Positions 32,278 to 42,759 of a DNA stretch of 64,000 nucleotides are shown here, in pieces; positions within the stretch are counted from its first letter, which is position 1; every line of letters begins with the position of its first letter. A model generated the notes under the pieces. That model was not told the DNA's origin. It saw only the letters and a program-made list of their open reading frames with translations, and did not search any database. Both the position numbers and the translations under genes were made by a program. Source of the stretch: Azolla caroliniana (lineage: Eukaryota; Plantae; Polypodiophyta); NCBI GenBank assembly GCA_043228905.1, contig JBHGNT010000013.1, positions 13,144,001 through 13,208,000 of the forward strand. The letters run 5' to 3'.

Positions 32278-33660
32278 TGTAAAGTTAATGAAGAGAGAGG
32301 GTGACTCTATATAAACCACCCTCCTCATACTTCATACTAAGTCGGTTGTGACTCTTTGTAATGCTACATTTTCATTTATCATATTCTCCTTGTTAATATA
32401 CATCTCCTTCTTCTTGAGTACTTCATTTTGTCTCTTATCCATCTTGTGTTTCTCTCCTCTCCTCTTTCCTCTCACACATACATATAACACATCTCTTCTC
32501 CTACACAAGAATCACCATTGATTCTTTACATGGTATCAGAGCGATTTGGTAGCTCAATCTAGCCCACTCGCCTCATCGTGATCGTGTGTTGTGCTCTACG
32601 CCGACGTTCAAGAAGAACTAGCTCATAACTATCGTAGTGCGACTACATAGCTCGTGTTCGAGAGAGAAGGAAAAGAAAAAGAAGGAAGAAATCTACATCG
32701 ACAATGAATATTCAAATGGGGAGCGCTCTCCCTAGCGAGAAGTTGGATCACAACTTTGCATCTTGGGAGTACAAGATGCACCAATACCTCGTTGGCCAAG
32801 GCTATTGGAGCTACATCAAAGGCGCACAAGAAAATTGGCCCAACCCGGAAGACGCCGACTATGCAACGTGGGAGCAAGCGGCAAGCCGAGTGATGTATTG
32901 CTAGGCGACATATGTTCATGACCACATGATCGGGTACATTTGAGAAGCCGAGACGCCGAAGGAAGTGTGGGAGAATCTACGAAAGATTTTCGCCGCCAAC
33001 ACTACCGCAAGAAAGCTTCAAACCCACCAATAGTTGAACAACATCAAATAAAGGGATATGTCCATCACAAGCTACACCTTGAAGATCAAGGAGCTTTGCG
33101 ACTCGCTTGGCTCGATAAGCGTCAATGTGGACGATGACGAGATGGTGCAAATATGCCTCAGTGGCCTTGCACCACGATTCAGCGCGATGCGGACCGCCAT
33201 ACTAGCACGAGAGAATCCACCCTCCTTCTTCGATCTTCAATCTATGTTGTTGGTCGAAGAAAACCATGATCGAACGAGGAGCAACACCTCGGAAGGCCAC
33301 ATGCTCTACACGCATTCGGACGGAGGAAGAGGACGCGACCGTGCAAGAAGAGGCTGATTCGGCCAAGGACGAGGCCTGACTTACGAAAACAACTTGCAAT
33401 TTCAGCATCAAGATGGAGGCCATCGGGGAACCTTCGGAAGAAGGGGGAGCCACCATTCCGGTCCAAGCCGACAAACCTCAATCGAATGCGGATATTGCGG
33501 GGAAGTCGGCCACCGCGAAGAAGAGTGCCGAAAGAAGATGCGTGAGTTGGCGTCCACAAGCCAACAACTCACGAATTACGCCACCAACTCTGAGTACGAC
33601 GATTACGACAGACTATTCGTGATGAGACATAGAGCAAACTCTATGTCGGCTTCTACATCA
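32278..33660 (+). mobile_element. Truncated Ty1/copia element: 5' LTR 32278-32530, PBS 32531-32542, disrupted gag
   Basis: LTR termini TGTAAAG...CTTTACA; PBS TGGTATCAGAGC; gag motifs NFASWEYKM and YTLKIKELCDSLGSI; zinc knuckle CGYCGEVGHREEEC; internal stops; no protease, integrase or RT follows. Confidence 0.85.
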
Positions 33661-34330
33661 ACTAGGCGGCGAGGAAGTAGGGTTAAAGCCAATGTGTGCA
33701 ACAACGAAGTAAAGCAAAGCAAAATGATGAAAGTCCATGCGTGCGACAAAGAGGTCAAGCAAAGCGCGAAGACAAAAGCTAATGTGTGCGACAAAGAGAC
33801 CAAGCAAACCTCGAAAAGCAAAGATATGGGCCAAGTGGGCCAAGCGGATATGAAAGATGTGATCACAAAATCTAACAAGGATAATACTAGTGAAGAAGTC
33901 ATAGTCAACTCAAAGACGAGAGTATACCACAAAAGTGGACAAAGTGGGAAGCATGCGATGTGGTCACTTAAGGACCTAGAGGAGAGCATGCCGCTAAAGA
34001 ACGAATTGCTAAGAGTACTCAAGAATAGTATTTCGATAAGGCTTTTGAAAGACATGCATGGAACAAGAAAGAATGATAAGAGAAAATTAGATGACCAAGG
34101 AGATGGCCAAGATGAAGGTGGCGCATGCATAAGGAGTGAAACATTATGCTCTAGAGGAGCAAAGAGAGCCATGACAATCGGTCATGGAAATGCACAAATT
34201 GAGCGAAGAATATGGTGGATCGGATGGCAATGGCGATTCGGGTACATCAACAAAAAATTAAAGTAAACAAAAATGAATCCTCACCAAAATTGGCACATAC
34301 CGGTGGATGTGCAGGTTTGGTGGGGGCGAA

Positions 34331-35650
34331 TGTCGTGTGAATCTTCACACTATGTAAAAAAATAATGAAATAATGATTATAGATTAGATTAGTAGCTTAC
34401 TATAGAAAGATGGATATACTCAAGAGCTTCAAAATGTATTTTACTATATACAAAATGGAGAAATACATATTAAGTTATGTGAAAATAAAGTTTGAGAAGA
34501 TAGAGAAATTAGAACTATCCCACATAGATAGGAAACTTAAGGCCCTGGCTATATAAGCACCTTGAGCTCCCTCATTTTTCATTTGTTCTAAGAGCACTTT
34601 TGCCACTTTGTCTTGATGGATAATAGTGGCCAAATTCCCTAAATCTGGAAACCGGCCGGTAAACAAATCCGGAAACCGGCTGGTAAGCAAATCTGGTAAA
34701 TGGGTCCGGTAAGCAAATCCGGAAACCGGCCGGTATGCAAACCGGAAACTGGCCGGTATGCAAAATCGGAACCGGAACCGGCAAGCAAAACCGGAACCGG
34801 AACCGGCAAGCAAACCGAAACCGGTTGGCAAGCAAAACCGGAACTGACCGGTAAGCAAAACTGGAACCGAAACCGGCCGACAAGCAAAACCGGAACCGGC
34901 CGGTGAGGGATTCGACGATCGGGCGGAACCGGTGATCGTACGAGGTTGGACGCAAATCGAACGGATAAAAGGATCATGTGGCTATTTAAAGAAAGGTAAA
35001 AGAGACTAAAGTAAAGGTCAAGTGGACAGTCGCATGCAACTAAAGAAAAAGCCATGCAACTAAAAATAGATTGAACGAAAAGAAAAGCTATGCAACTAAA
35101 AGTAGAGGCCATGCAACAAAAAGTGGAGGCATATGATTAACGAGGAACTCCATATATAATTCCATTTCTTTTCCTATACTCAGAAGCTCTGTCCATATGA
35201 TATATTTCTTTTTCTTTTCCTTCTCAACTCCCTTATCTTAGGGAAGTAATATCTCTCATAAACCCTAATTTCCTTACGAAATCCCAAAAAACACTAATCT
35301 TCCCTACGGAAGCCATAACACTCAAAAACGTTAATCTTCCCTACGGAAGCCATAATACTCATATAACCATAATCTCTTATCAAAGCCAAGAACCCTAAAT
35401 CTCTATGGAATCCATATCTTAGTTTATTTTAATCTATTATTCTAGCAATCTCCTTACGATAAAACTTTTGTAATCTCAATCTTGAGATTGATTGTAATCT
35501 TTCTTTTTTCCGTTATTAATGAAATTTGTGAATCTTTATCATTTTGTATTAATTGTTTAATATAATCATACGAATCTGATATCTTCCGATTGGAGGCCCC
35601 GGGGTCCTGCCTCAAAGTTCACGTATCCTCGTCGTATTTTCGCGACAACG
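34331..35650 (+). mobile_element. Long LTR-like sequence (about 1.3 kb)
   Basis: Preceded by purine-rich GGGGGCGAA; termini TGTCGTG...CGCGACA; contains a tandem array and a TATA-like motif; no matching TSD. Confidence 0.5.
34645..34935. repeat. Imperfect tandem array of AACCGG / GCAAAACCGG units
   Basis: Directly visible; it generates the low-complexity ORFs at 34475-35112. Confidence 0.9.
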
Positions 35651-36208
35651 ATGGGCTGAAACTGTTGCCATCCCCGACGTCACTACGCCAACAATTGCCT
35701 CCCAACTCTTGCAAAAGGTAATATTTTAACATGGTTACCCTATCCAAATCTTATCTGATCAGGGCCGCCAGTTCCATGGGGATGTCCTCAATGCTATGGC
35801 TGTCATGAACACATGACCATTATGGCGTCACCCGGACTTGAACCTCGAACCTTGTAATTCATACTTGAAAACCTCAACCATTAAGATAGCTTATTGTTAT
35901 ATGAAACAATAAAAGCTACTTCTTGTATTACATTGATTATTGTAAAAACTCTAGATTATTCTAGAATGTCCTAGAGAATTCTAGGTCTAGAACATTCTAG
36001 AACATTCTAGAAATCTCTAAGCTATTCTATAGGAACCTATAAATAAGCGCATACATGTATTCTCAAATCAATTCGAATCAACACCAGTCTTTAGCTCTCA
36101 TTACATATCTTGTATCCATTCTCTTTCTTTCTCTATCTTATACATCCATTCTTCTCTGTCCTTCTTCCATCACTCTATCTTTTATCCTTGGTTCTGACAG
36201 TTTGATTC

Positions 36209-36255
<47 letters not shown>

Positions 36256-36279
36256 CTCCTTTGTAACCATCCTGAAACC

Positions 36280-37443
36280 ATGGCTGCCATTAACTCAGAA
36301 GAATATCTCACCCTTGTTGCAGAAATGGAGAACCTTAAATTCAAGTTCGCATCTCTTGAAGTAGAGAATCAACGTCTACTTGGGGATGTACAAAAGGTTA
36401 CTATAGAGAAGCAACAACAACAAGAGGAGTTCACGCGACGAGTGCAACAGTTAGAGTCGACAATCGTCATGTTACAACAACAAAGGGTTGAAGGTCATGG
36501 ACTTATCAAGGAGCCCAAAATTAGCCTCCAAGCTAAATTTGATGGGTCGAGGGCACATTTCCGAGGTTTTTTGAATCAAGTACGGTTGGTGATTCAAATG
36601 CATCCCGCACGTTATCCAACAGATGCATCACGAGTCGGGCTAGTGGGCACTTTATTGACTGGCATAGCGTTGTCGTGGTTTGCTCCATTGCTAGAGACCA
36701 ATTCTCCTCTACTGAATAATTTCGAGGAATTTATCAAGGAATTTAAGGCTTGTTTTGGAGATACTGATGGGGCGAGAACAGCTATCAACAAGATTCGTAC
36801 ACTTCGTCAAGGTGATCAACCAGCTTCAACATATGCTGCCAATTTCCGTCTCATCGCAAGCAATATTCCTTGGGATGAACAAGCCCTAATGGAGCAATTC
36901 CGTTCAGGCCTTCGTAGTGATGTCAAAGACTTACTTCTTACCTTCCCCGAGGATCCAAGGTCACTTACAGAAGCTATTAGTCGAGCAATACGGTGTGATA
37001 ATCGCCTTTTTGAGCGTCGATGTGAGCGACAACAACAAATAACAAGATCTAGATTCACACCAACTTATGCATCAGTAACGGCGCAATCATCCCCAAGGCA
37101 AATGTATAGCCCTGCTCCAACTCCAAGGCAAACACGTAGTCCAGTCCCAATGGATAGTCCTACACCCATGGAGATCGATATGACTCAACGACGAGGACCG
37201 TTGTCAGACGAAGAGAAGCAACGTCGTCGAGCAAACCATCTGTGCTTATATTGTGGAGGTCCAGGACATATAGCCATTCATTGCTCCCGTAGGCCGAGAC
37301 GTCAGGTAAATCAAATTCACTATGACAATAAAAATGAGTCCAACATTTTAGAAGTAGTTAGTGAATCTAATATTATGAATAATCCACCCTTTTCCAATAA
37401 ATTTGAAGTCCTAAGCCAATTAGAAGAGGAGTCAAACGAATAA
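36280..37443 (+). CDS. Chromovirus Gag (capsid plus CCHC zinc knuckle)
   Basis: MAAINSEE...KFDGSR...LRQG...FRSGL...PMEID...CLYCGGPGHIAIHC; intact frame. Confidence 0.9.
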   Translation: MAAINSEEYLTLVAEMENLKFKFASLEVENQRLLGDVQKVTIEKQQQQEEFTRRVQQLESTIVMLQQQRVEGHGLIKEPKISLQAKFDGSRAHFRGFLNQVRLVIQMHPARYPTDASRVGLVGTLLTGIALSWFAPLLETNSPLLNNFEEFIKEFKACFGDTDGARTAINKIRTLRQGDQPASTYAANFRLIASNIPWDEQALMEQFRSGLRSDVKDLLLTFPEDPRSLTEAISRAIRCDNRLFERRCERQQQITRSRFTPTYASVTAQSSPRQMYSPAPTPRQTRSPVPMDSPTPMEIDMTQRRGPLSDEEKQRRRANHLCLYCGGPGHIAIHCSRRPRRQVNQIHYDNKNESNILEVVSESNIMNNPPFSNKFEVLSQLEEESNE

Positions 37444-40400
37444 GTCCGGCCAAAATAGGAGCCATTTGGTTGGACAACCCTAGATATGTACAACCTAGTG
37501 TGGGTTCCATTTCTTCCAAGCATGTTAGTAGAGTCTTCTCAGCCCTAGTACAAGTTAGGACACCCAATTGTCAACTTCAAGTCCAAGCCCTCTTAGATAC
37601 TGGAGCCAATTCTTGTTTCATGGATAGAGATTTTGCCCAAAAACACCAAATATCCTTGCATACACTTCCTTGTCCAGTTTCCGTAGTAGTGATTGATGGA
37701 CGCCCCATAGCTTCCGGGAAGATATTTGAAGAGTCTGAGCCAATACACATACTCTTGGGTGATTTAGGATGTGTAGTTTCCTTTAACATAATCCGTAGTC
37801 CTGAGCATCCAATTGTCCTCGGTTTGCCATGGTTCGAGCTACATAACCCTAGAATCGATTGGAGGAAGCGAGAAATTAGGTGCCCTTTAGCAGAAAATAT
37901 CATTCTCAAGGATCGAACTCGGGATTATCCTCCCAAAGTATATAGTTCTACCGATGCACCATATCCTTCTCATCAAATTTCAGCCATCACATTGCATCAA
38001 TTGCACCAAGTGGGAGGCAAGGAGGACCTTTTCTTATTTGCAGTATCAGTGACACCTTCTAGTGTCACTCAAGGGAATTCAGACATCCAAATTCCCAAAA
38101 AATATCAAGACTATGCTGATGTTTTCGACAAAGTCAAAGCTAGTGTTCTTCCAAAGCATCGGCCGTACGCCTGTCCTATTGATCTCCAACCAGGAAAAGA
38201 GCCTCCGTGGGGTCCGATTTACAATTTATCACCCACTGAGCTTGAGGTTCTTCGAGAATACATCGAGGAAAATCTTGCACATGGGTTTATTCGACATTCA
38301 AAGTCTCCAGCTGGTGCTCCTATCTTTTTTGTGAAGAAAAAGGACGGCTCCCTTCGTTTGGTCGTGGACTATCGAGGCTTAAATAAAGTCACCATAAGGA
38401 ATAGGTATGCTTTACCTTTAATCTCCAATCTCTTAGAACGCATTGGTGGGGCAAAGCATTTTACCAAAATTGATCTAAGGGGTGCATATAATCTTGTTCG
38501 AATTCGGCCGGGAGATGAGTGGAAAACAGCGTTTCGTACTCGGTATGGTCATTTCGAGTATACAGTCATGCCTTTCGGGCTCACAAATGCACCTGCCGTA
38601 TTCCAACATATGGCAAATGACATCTTCCGAGATTTCTTGGATATTTTTCTAATCATCTACCTAGATGATCTATTGATTTACTCTAAAACACAGGGGGAGC
38701 ATGATATACATGTGCGGCAAGTACTTGAACGCCTAAGGAAGTATGGTCTTTACGCCAAACTTGAGAAATGCAGTTTTGATTGCAAACAAGTTGAATTTTT
38801 GGGATACACTATTTCATCCCAGGGTGTTTTCATGGACCCGGCAAAAGTCCAAACAATATTGGAATGGAAACCCCCATGCTCAGTTCGGGATGTCCAGTGT
38901 TTCCTCGGATTTGCGAACTTCTATCGCAAATTCATACATAATTATTCAAGCATTGTGTTGCCCCTTACTCAACTCACCAAGAAAAATCAAGCATTTTTTT
39001 GGAGTATCGAAGCGGACAAGGCTTTTACGCAGCTGAAAGAGGCATTCACATCAGCACCCATCCTAGCACATATTGATCCTGAAAAGCCATTTACTATTGA
39101 GGCGGATGCATCAGACTTTGCATTGGGGAGTATCCTATCGCAACCAGGCGAGGACGGGCAGATACATCCAGTCGCGTTTCACTCGAGAAAGTTTACTGTT
39201 TCGGAGATAAACTATGAGGTGCATGACAAAGAGTTACTAGCTTTGGTCGACTCATTCGAGCAATGGCGTCATTTTCTAGAAGGATCACCTCATCAGATTA
39301 TCATTTATAGTGATCACAAAAATCTCACATATTTTCAAACAGCTCGAGTATTAATTAGACGACAAGCTCGGTGGGCCCAATTTCTAACGCGTTTCGATTT
39401 CAAGATCATTTTTCGCCCCAGAAAACAACAAGGGAAAGCAGATGCTCTGTCTCGGCGTTCGTATCTAGCCCTTCGACCTGGAGATCTGGCCTTTGACAAT
39501 CAAAAGCAAACTCTCCTCGGGCCATCAAAGCTATAGGTAACAACAATTTATGCCACACCACTTGATTCTACCCTTCTTGACACTATTCGGCAACAACTTC
39601 ATTCGAATGATTTTGCTAAGGATGTATTAGCCCACTGTGGTTCAAGTCGTCCATCTTGCTCCACATTGCCAGGGTCATCTCAACATTATCAGGACTTCAA
39701 GTGGCAAGATGGTTTACTCTTCTACAAGAATCTCCTTTACGTCCCCGACGGATCACCCCGACTTCAAGTGTTGGAACATTGTCATGATGCCCCCATGGCT
39801 GGACATTTTGGTATTTCCAAGACCATTGAGCTGGTGAAACGTTCATTTTGGTGGCCTCACTTGCAAAAATTTGTCGAAGATTATGTTCGCACTTGTGACA
39901 CCTGCTGTCGCGCCAAAATACCCCGGCATCACCCTTATGGCTTACTACAACCATTACCCCCTCCCAACAAGCCATGACAGTCTATTTCTATGGATTTCAT
40001 TACGGATCTGCCACCTTCCAAAGGCTTTGATACTATTTTAACAGTAGTGGATCGGTTCACCAAGATGGCACATTTTGTACCATGTGTAAAGACCATCAAT
40101 AGTGAAGAAATTGCAGATCTCATTATGCGTGAAGTGTTTTGCCATCATGGTCTCCCGAATGATATTATTAGCGATCAAGGTCCTCAATTTATCTCACACT
40201 TTTGGAAGCACCTATGGGCAGGCCTCAAAATCTCTTGCAAACTCTCTTCGGCTTATCATCCACAAACTGACGGACAAACAGAGCGCACAAATCAAACGCT
40301 CGAGCAATATCTTCGATGTTTCATTAGTTATCAACAAGATGATTGGAGTAAAATTTTACATCTTGCCGAGTTTGCATACAACAACACGGTCCACTCTTCT

Positions 40401-41099
40401 ACCAAAGTTACATCTTTCTTTGCCTACACCGGCAACCACCCTCGATGGTGTATACTGGATCTTCCCGAGGTGTCACGAAACCCTAGTGCGGCGCATCACC
40501 TCCACCGACTACAACAAATCCAGTTCGAGTTATCGTCACATCTTCAGAAAGCGCAAGCACACCATAAGACCAATGCCGATCGACATCGTCTTAAGTCTCC
40601 GTTTAAGGTTGGTGACCGTGTATGGTTGCTTCGTCGTCACATCAAGACTACCCGACCGTGTGCTAAGCTTGACTATCAACGCTTAGGTCCTTTTGTCATC
40701 ACGGCGCAGATTAATGATGCAACATTTCGTCTTAACCTTCCTGCACATATGCGGCTTCACCCTGTCTTTCATAGCTCTCTTTTGGAACCTTGCCACACCT
40801 CTTTAATTCCAAATCGTGTCGTGCCACCACCGCCTTCTATACAACTTGTGGACGGCCCCGAATACGAGGTAGCTGCTATTCTCGATTCTAAGATTGTGCG
40901 CAATAAGCTTTATTATCTAGTTGATTGGCTTGGTTATCCTCCGAGTGATCGCACTTGGGAACCCATCGATAACGTTTGTAATGCTGAAGCTCTGGTCAAC
41001 GACTTCCATCGTCACTATCCAAACAAGCCCGGCCCAACAATGTTAACGCCGACTTCCACTCGGCGTTCTCGAAGGAGGGATAGTGTCATGAACACATGA
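37431..41099 (+). pseudogene. Chromovirus Pol (-1 frame relative to gag), with two premature stops
   Basis: LLDTGA protease, YLDD RT, EADAS RNase H, HHCC and DDE integrase, GPF motif and chromodomain EYEVAAIL...YLVDWLGY...TWEP. ORFs 37470, 39666 and 39990 share one frame, broken by TAG 39534-39536 and TGA 39975-39977. Confidence 0.92.
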
Positions 41100-42759
41100 C
41101 CATTATGGCGTCACCCGAACTTGAACCTCGAACCTTGTAATTCATACTTGAAAACCTCAACCATTAAGATAGCTTATTGTTATATGAAACAATAAAAGCT
41201 ACTTCTTGTATTACATTGATTATTGTAAAAACTCTAGATTATTCTAGAATGTCCTAGAGCATTCTAGGTCTAGAACATTCTAGAACATTCTAGAAATCTC
41301 TAAGCTATTCTATAGGAACCTATAAATAAGCGCATACATGTATTCTCAAATCAATTCGAATCAACACCAGTCTTTAGCTCTCATTACATATCTTGTATCC
41401 ATTCTCTTTCTTTCTCTATCTTATACATCCATTCTTCTCTGTCCTTCTTCCATCACTCTATCTTTTATCCTTGGTTCTGACAATGGCAACTCAACTAGGT
41501 GTCCAACAAGTGTTTACATCCCCTTACCATCCTCAAACAAATGGCCTCACTGAACGCCTCAACAAGACCCTCAAGCAAGAAATTGCCGCTTACATTGATC
41601 CATGCCACAAAACATAGGATCAAATCTTGCCTTTTGTCACCCATGCCTACAATACATCCGTACAAGCGTCGACACGGATCAGCCCTTTTCGAGCACTCTA
41701 TGGACGCGACCCGCGGCTCCCACCAGAAACGTCCATTGACATCTGTTCTAAACCTGCCAACATGGATAGTGCTACTTGGGGGCTTTATCTCCAACAAATG
41801 CTCCCCCTCCTTCGACAAGCCAACTCTCGAAATCTACAAGTCACACAACAACGTCAAAAAGCGACACTACGACATGGGTTGAATCACCCCGACGTATGCT
41901 GATGGAACTAAAGTCCTTGTTTACTTCCCGATCCAACGGCGTGGTCTCAGTGAATCCCTCATGCACCGGTGGATCGGCCCATTCACCGTAATTCGTGCTA
42001 TCAAGTCCACGACTTACTTACTCCGGCGCGATTCCAACGGTCGATTCACCTCAGCCCATGTTGCCCGTATCAAGCCATATGCTACCCCAAGCATAACTTC
42101 TAGCACCCCTCCTTCTCTCATAGCGTAACACTCCTTGTTTTTTTGAGGGGGGAAATGTGGTGTCCCTTTCATGCAAGAGCATGCATTTGAACACTCCACT
42201 CTTTTAGCCACTCCCGTTTAGCACATCACCCATTTTAGCCCACCCTTTTAGCCCACCATTTTGGGACACGTGTAGCTAGGCCGTCCCAAAATGGGTTCTT
42301 TGTATCTTCTATATATTGAATGATAAGTATGAAGCTAGCTAGGCTGGTTTGGTTTCCTTTTATGTGCATTTCACAATATTTTTCAATATTTCAAAGTAAA
42401 GTTTTTCAAAGAATTAAATATTTTTCTTCAAAATGTAGGAATTAGGCTTGAAATGAAAAGCTTATCCCAAAAAATATATAAAAAAATAATCAAGTGGCAA
42501 CCTTAAACTGTCTAACTGTTTAAACTTAACAGAACCAAACCAAACCGTTTAAGCCGTTAAGTCGTGGTTTCGTAATTTGGTTTATTTCAAACCAAACCGT
42601 TGTTGATTGCTACTTGTGATAAGATCTTTGCTATTGTAGTGGGAACAACAAGGCTTTTAGCATTCTCATATTGTTTTACTATCTATACTACTTTTACTTA
42701 AAACAGAAGAAGAGAGAAATTGCCTTGATTTCAAAGACTTTTTTACTTCTTTAGAATGT

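Larger units (their letters stand above)
35801..41482 (+). mobile_element. Full-length Ty3/gypsy chromovirus (Tcn1-like), 5682 bp
   Basis: 399-bp LTRs 35801-36199 and 41084-41482 (TG...CA, 2 mismatches seen); 5-bp TSD ATGGC; PPT GAAGGAGGGATAG; gag-PR-RT-RH-INT-chromodomain order. Confidence 0.97.
35651..42155 (+). mobile_element. Older Ty3/gypsy integrase remnant (35651-35800 and 41483-42155), split by the chromovirus insertion
   Basis: The rejoined frame reads HGYPIQILSDQGRQFHGDVLNA|MATQLGVQQVFTSPYHPQTNGLTERLNKTLK; a later RWIGPFTV motif; PPT GAGGGGGGAAA precedes TGTGG at 42156. Confidence 0.85.

Noticed and set aside
34645-34935. Repeat array as a CRISPR-like locus
   Set aside because: No constant repeat with unique spacers; eukaryotic LTR context.
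34475-35112. Overlapping 127-157 aa ORFs
   Set aside because: Products of the AACCGG tandem array; low complexity.
36055-36279. Hydrophobic N-terminal extension of gag in the ORF track
   Set aside because: It lies in the LTR, PBS and (CT)n leader, and its ATG is upstream of the predicted TSS; ATG 36280 is the likelier start.
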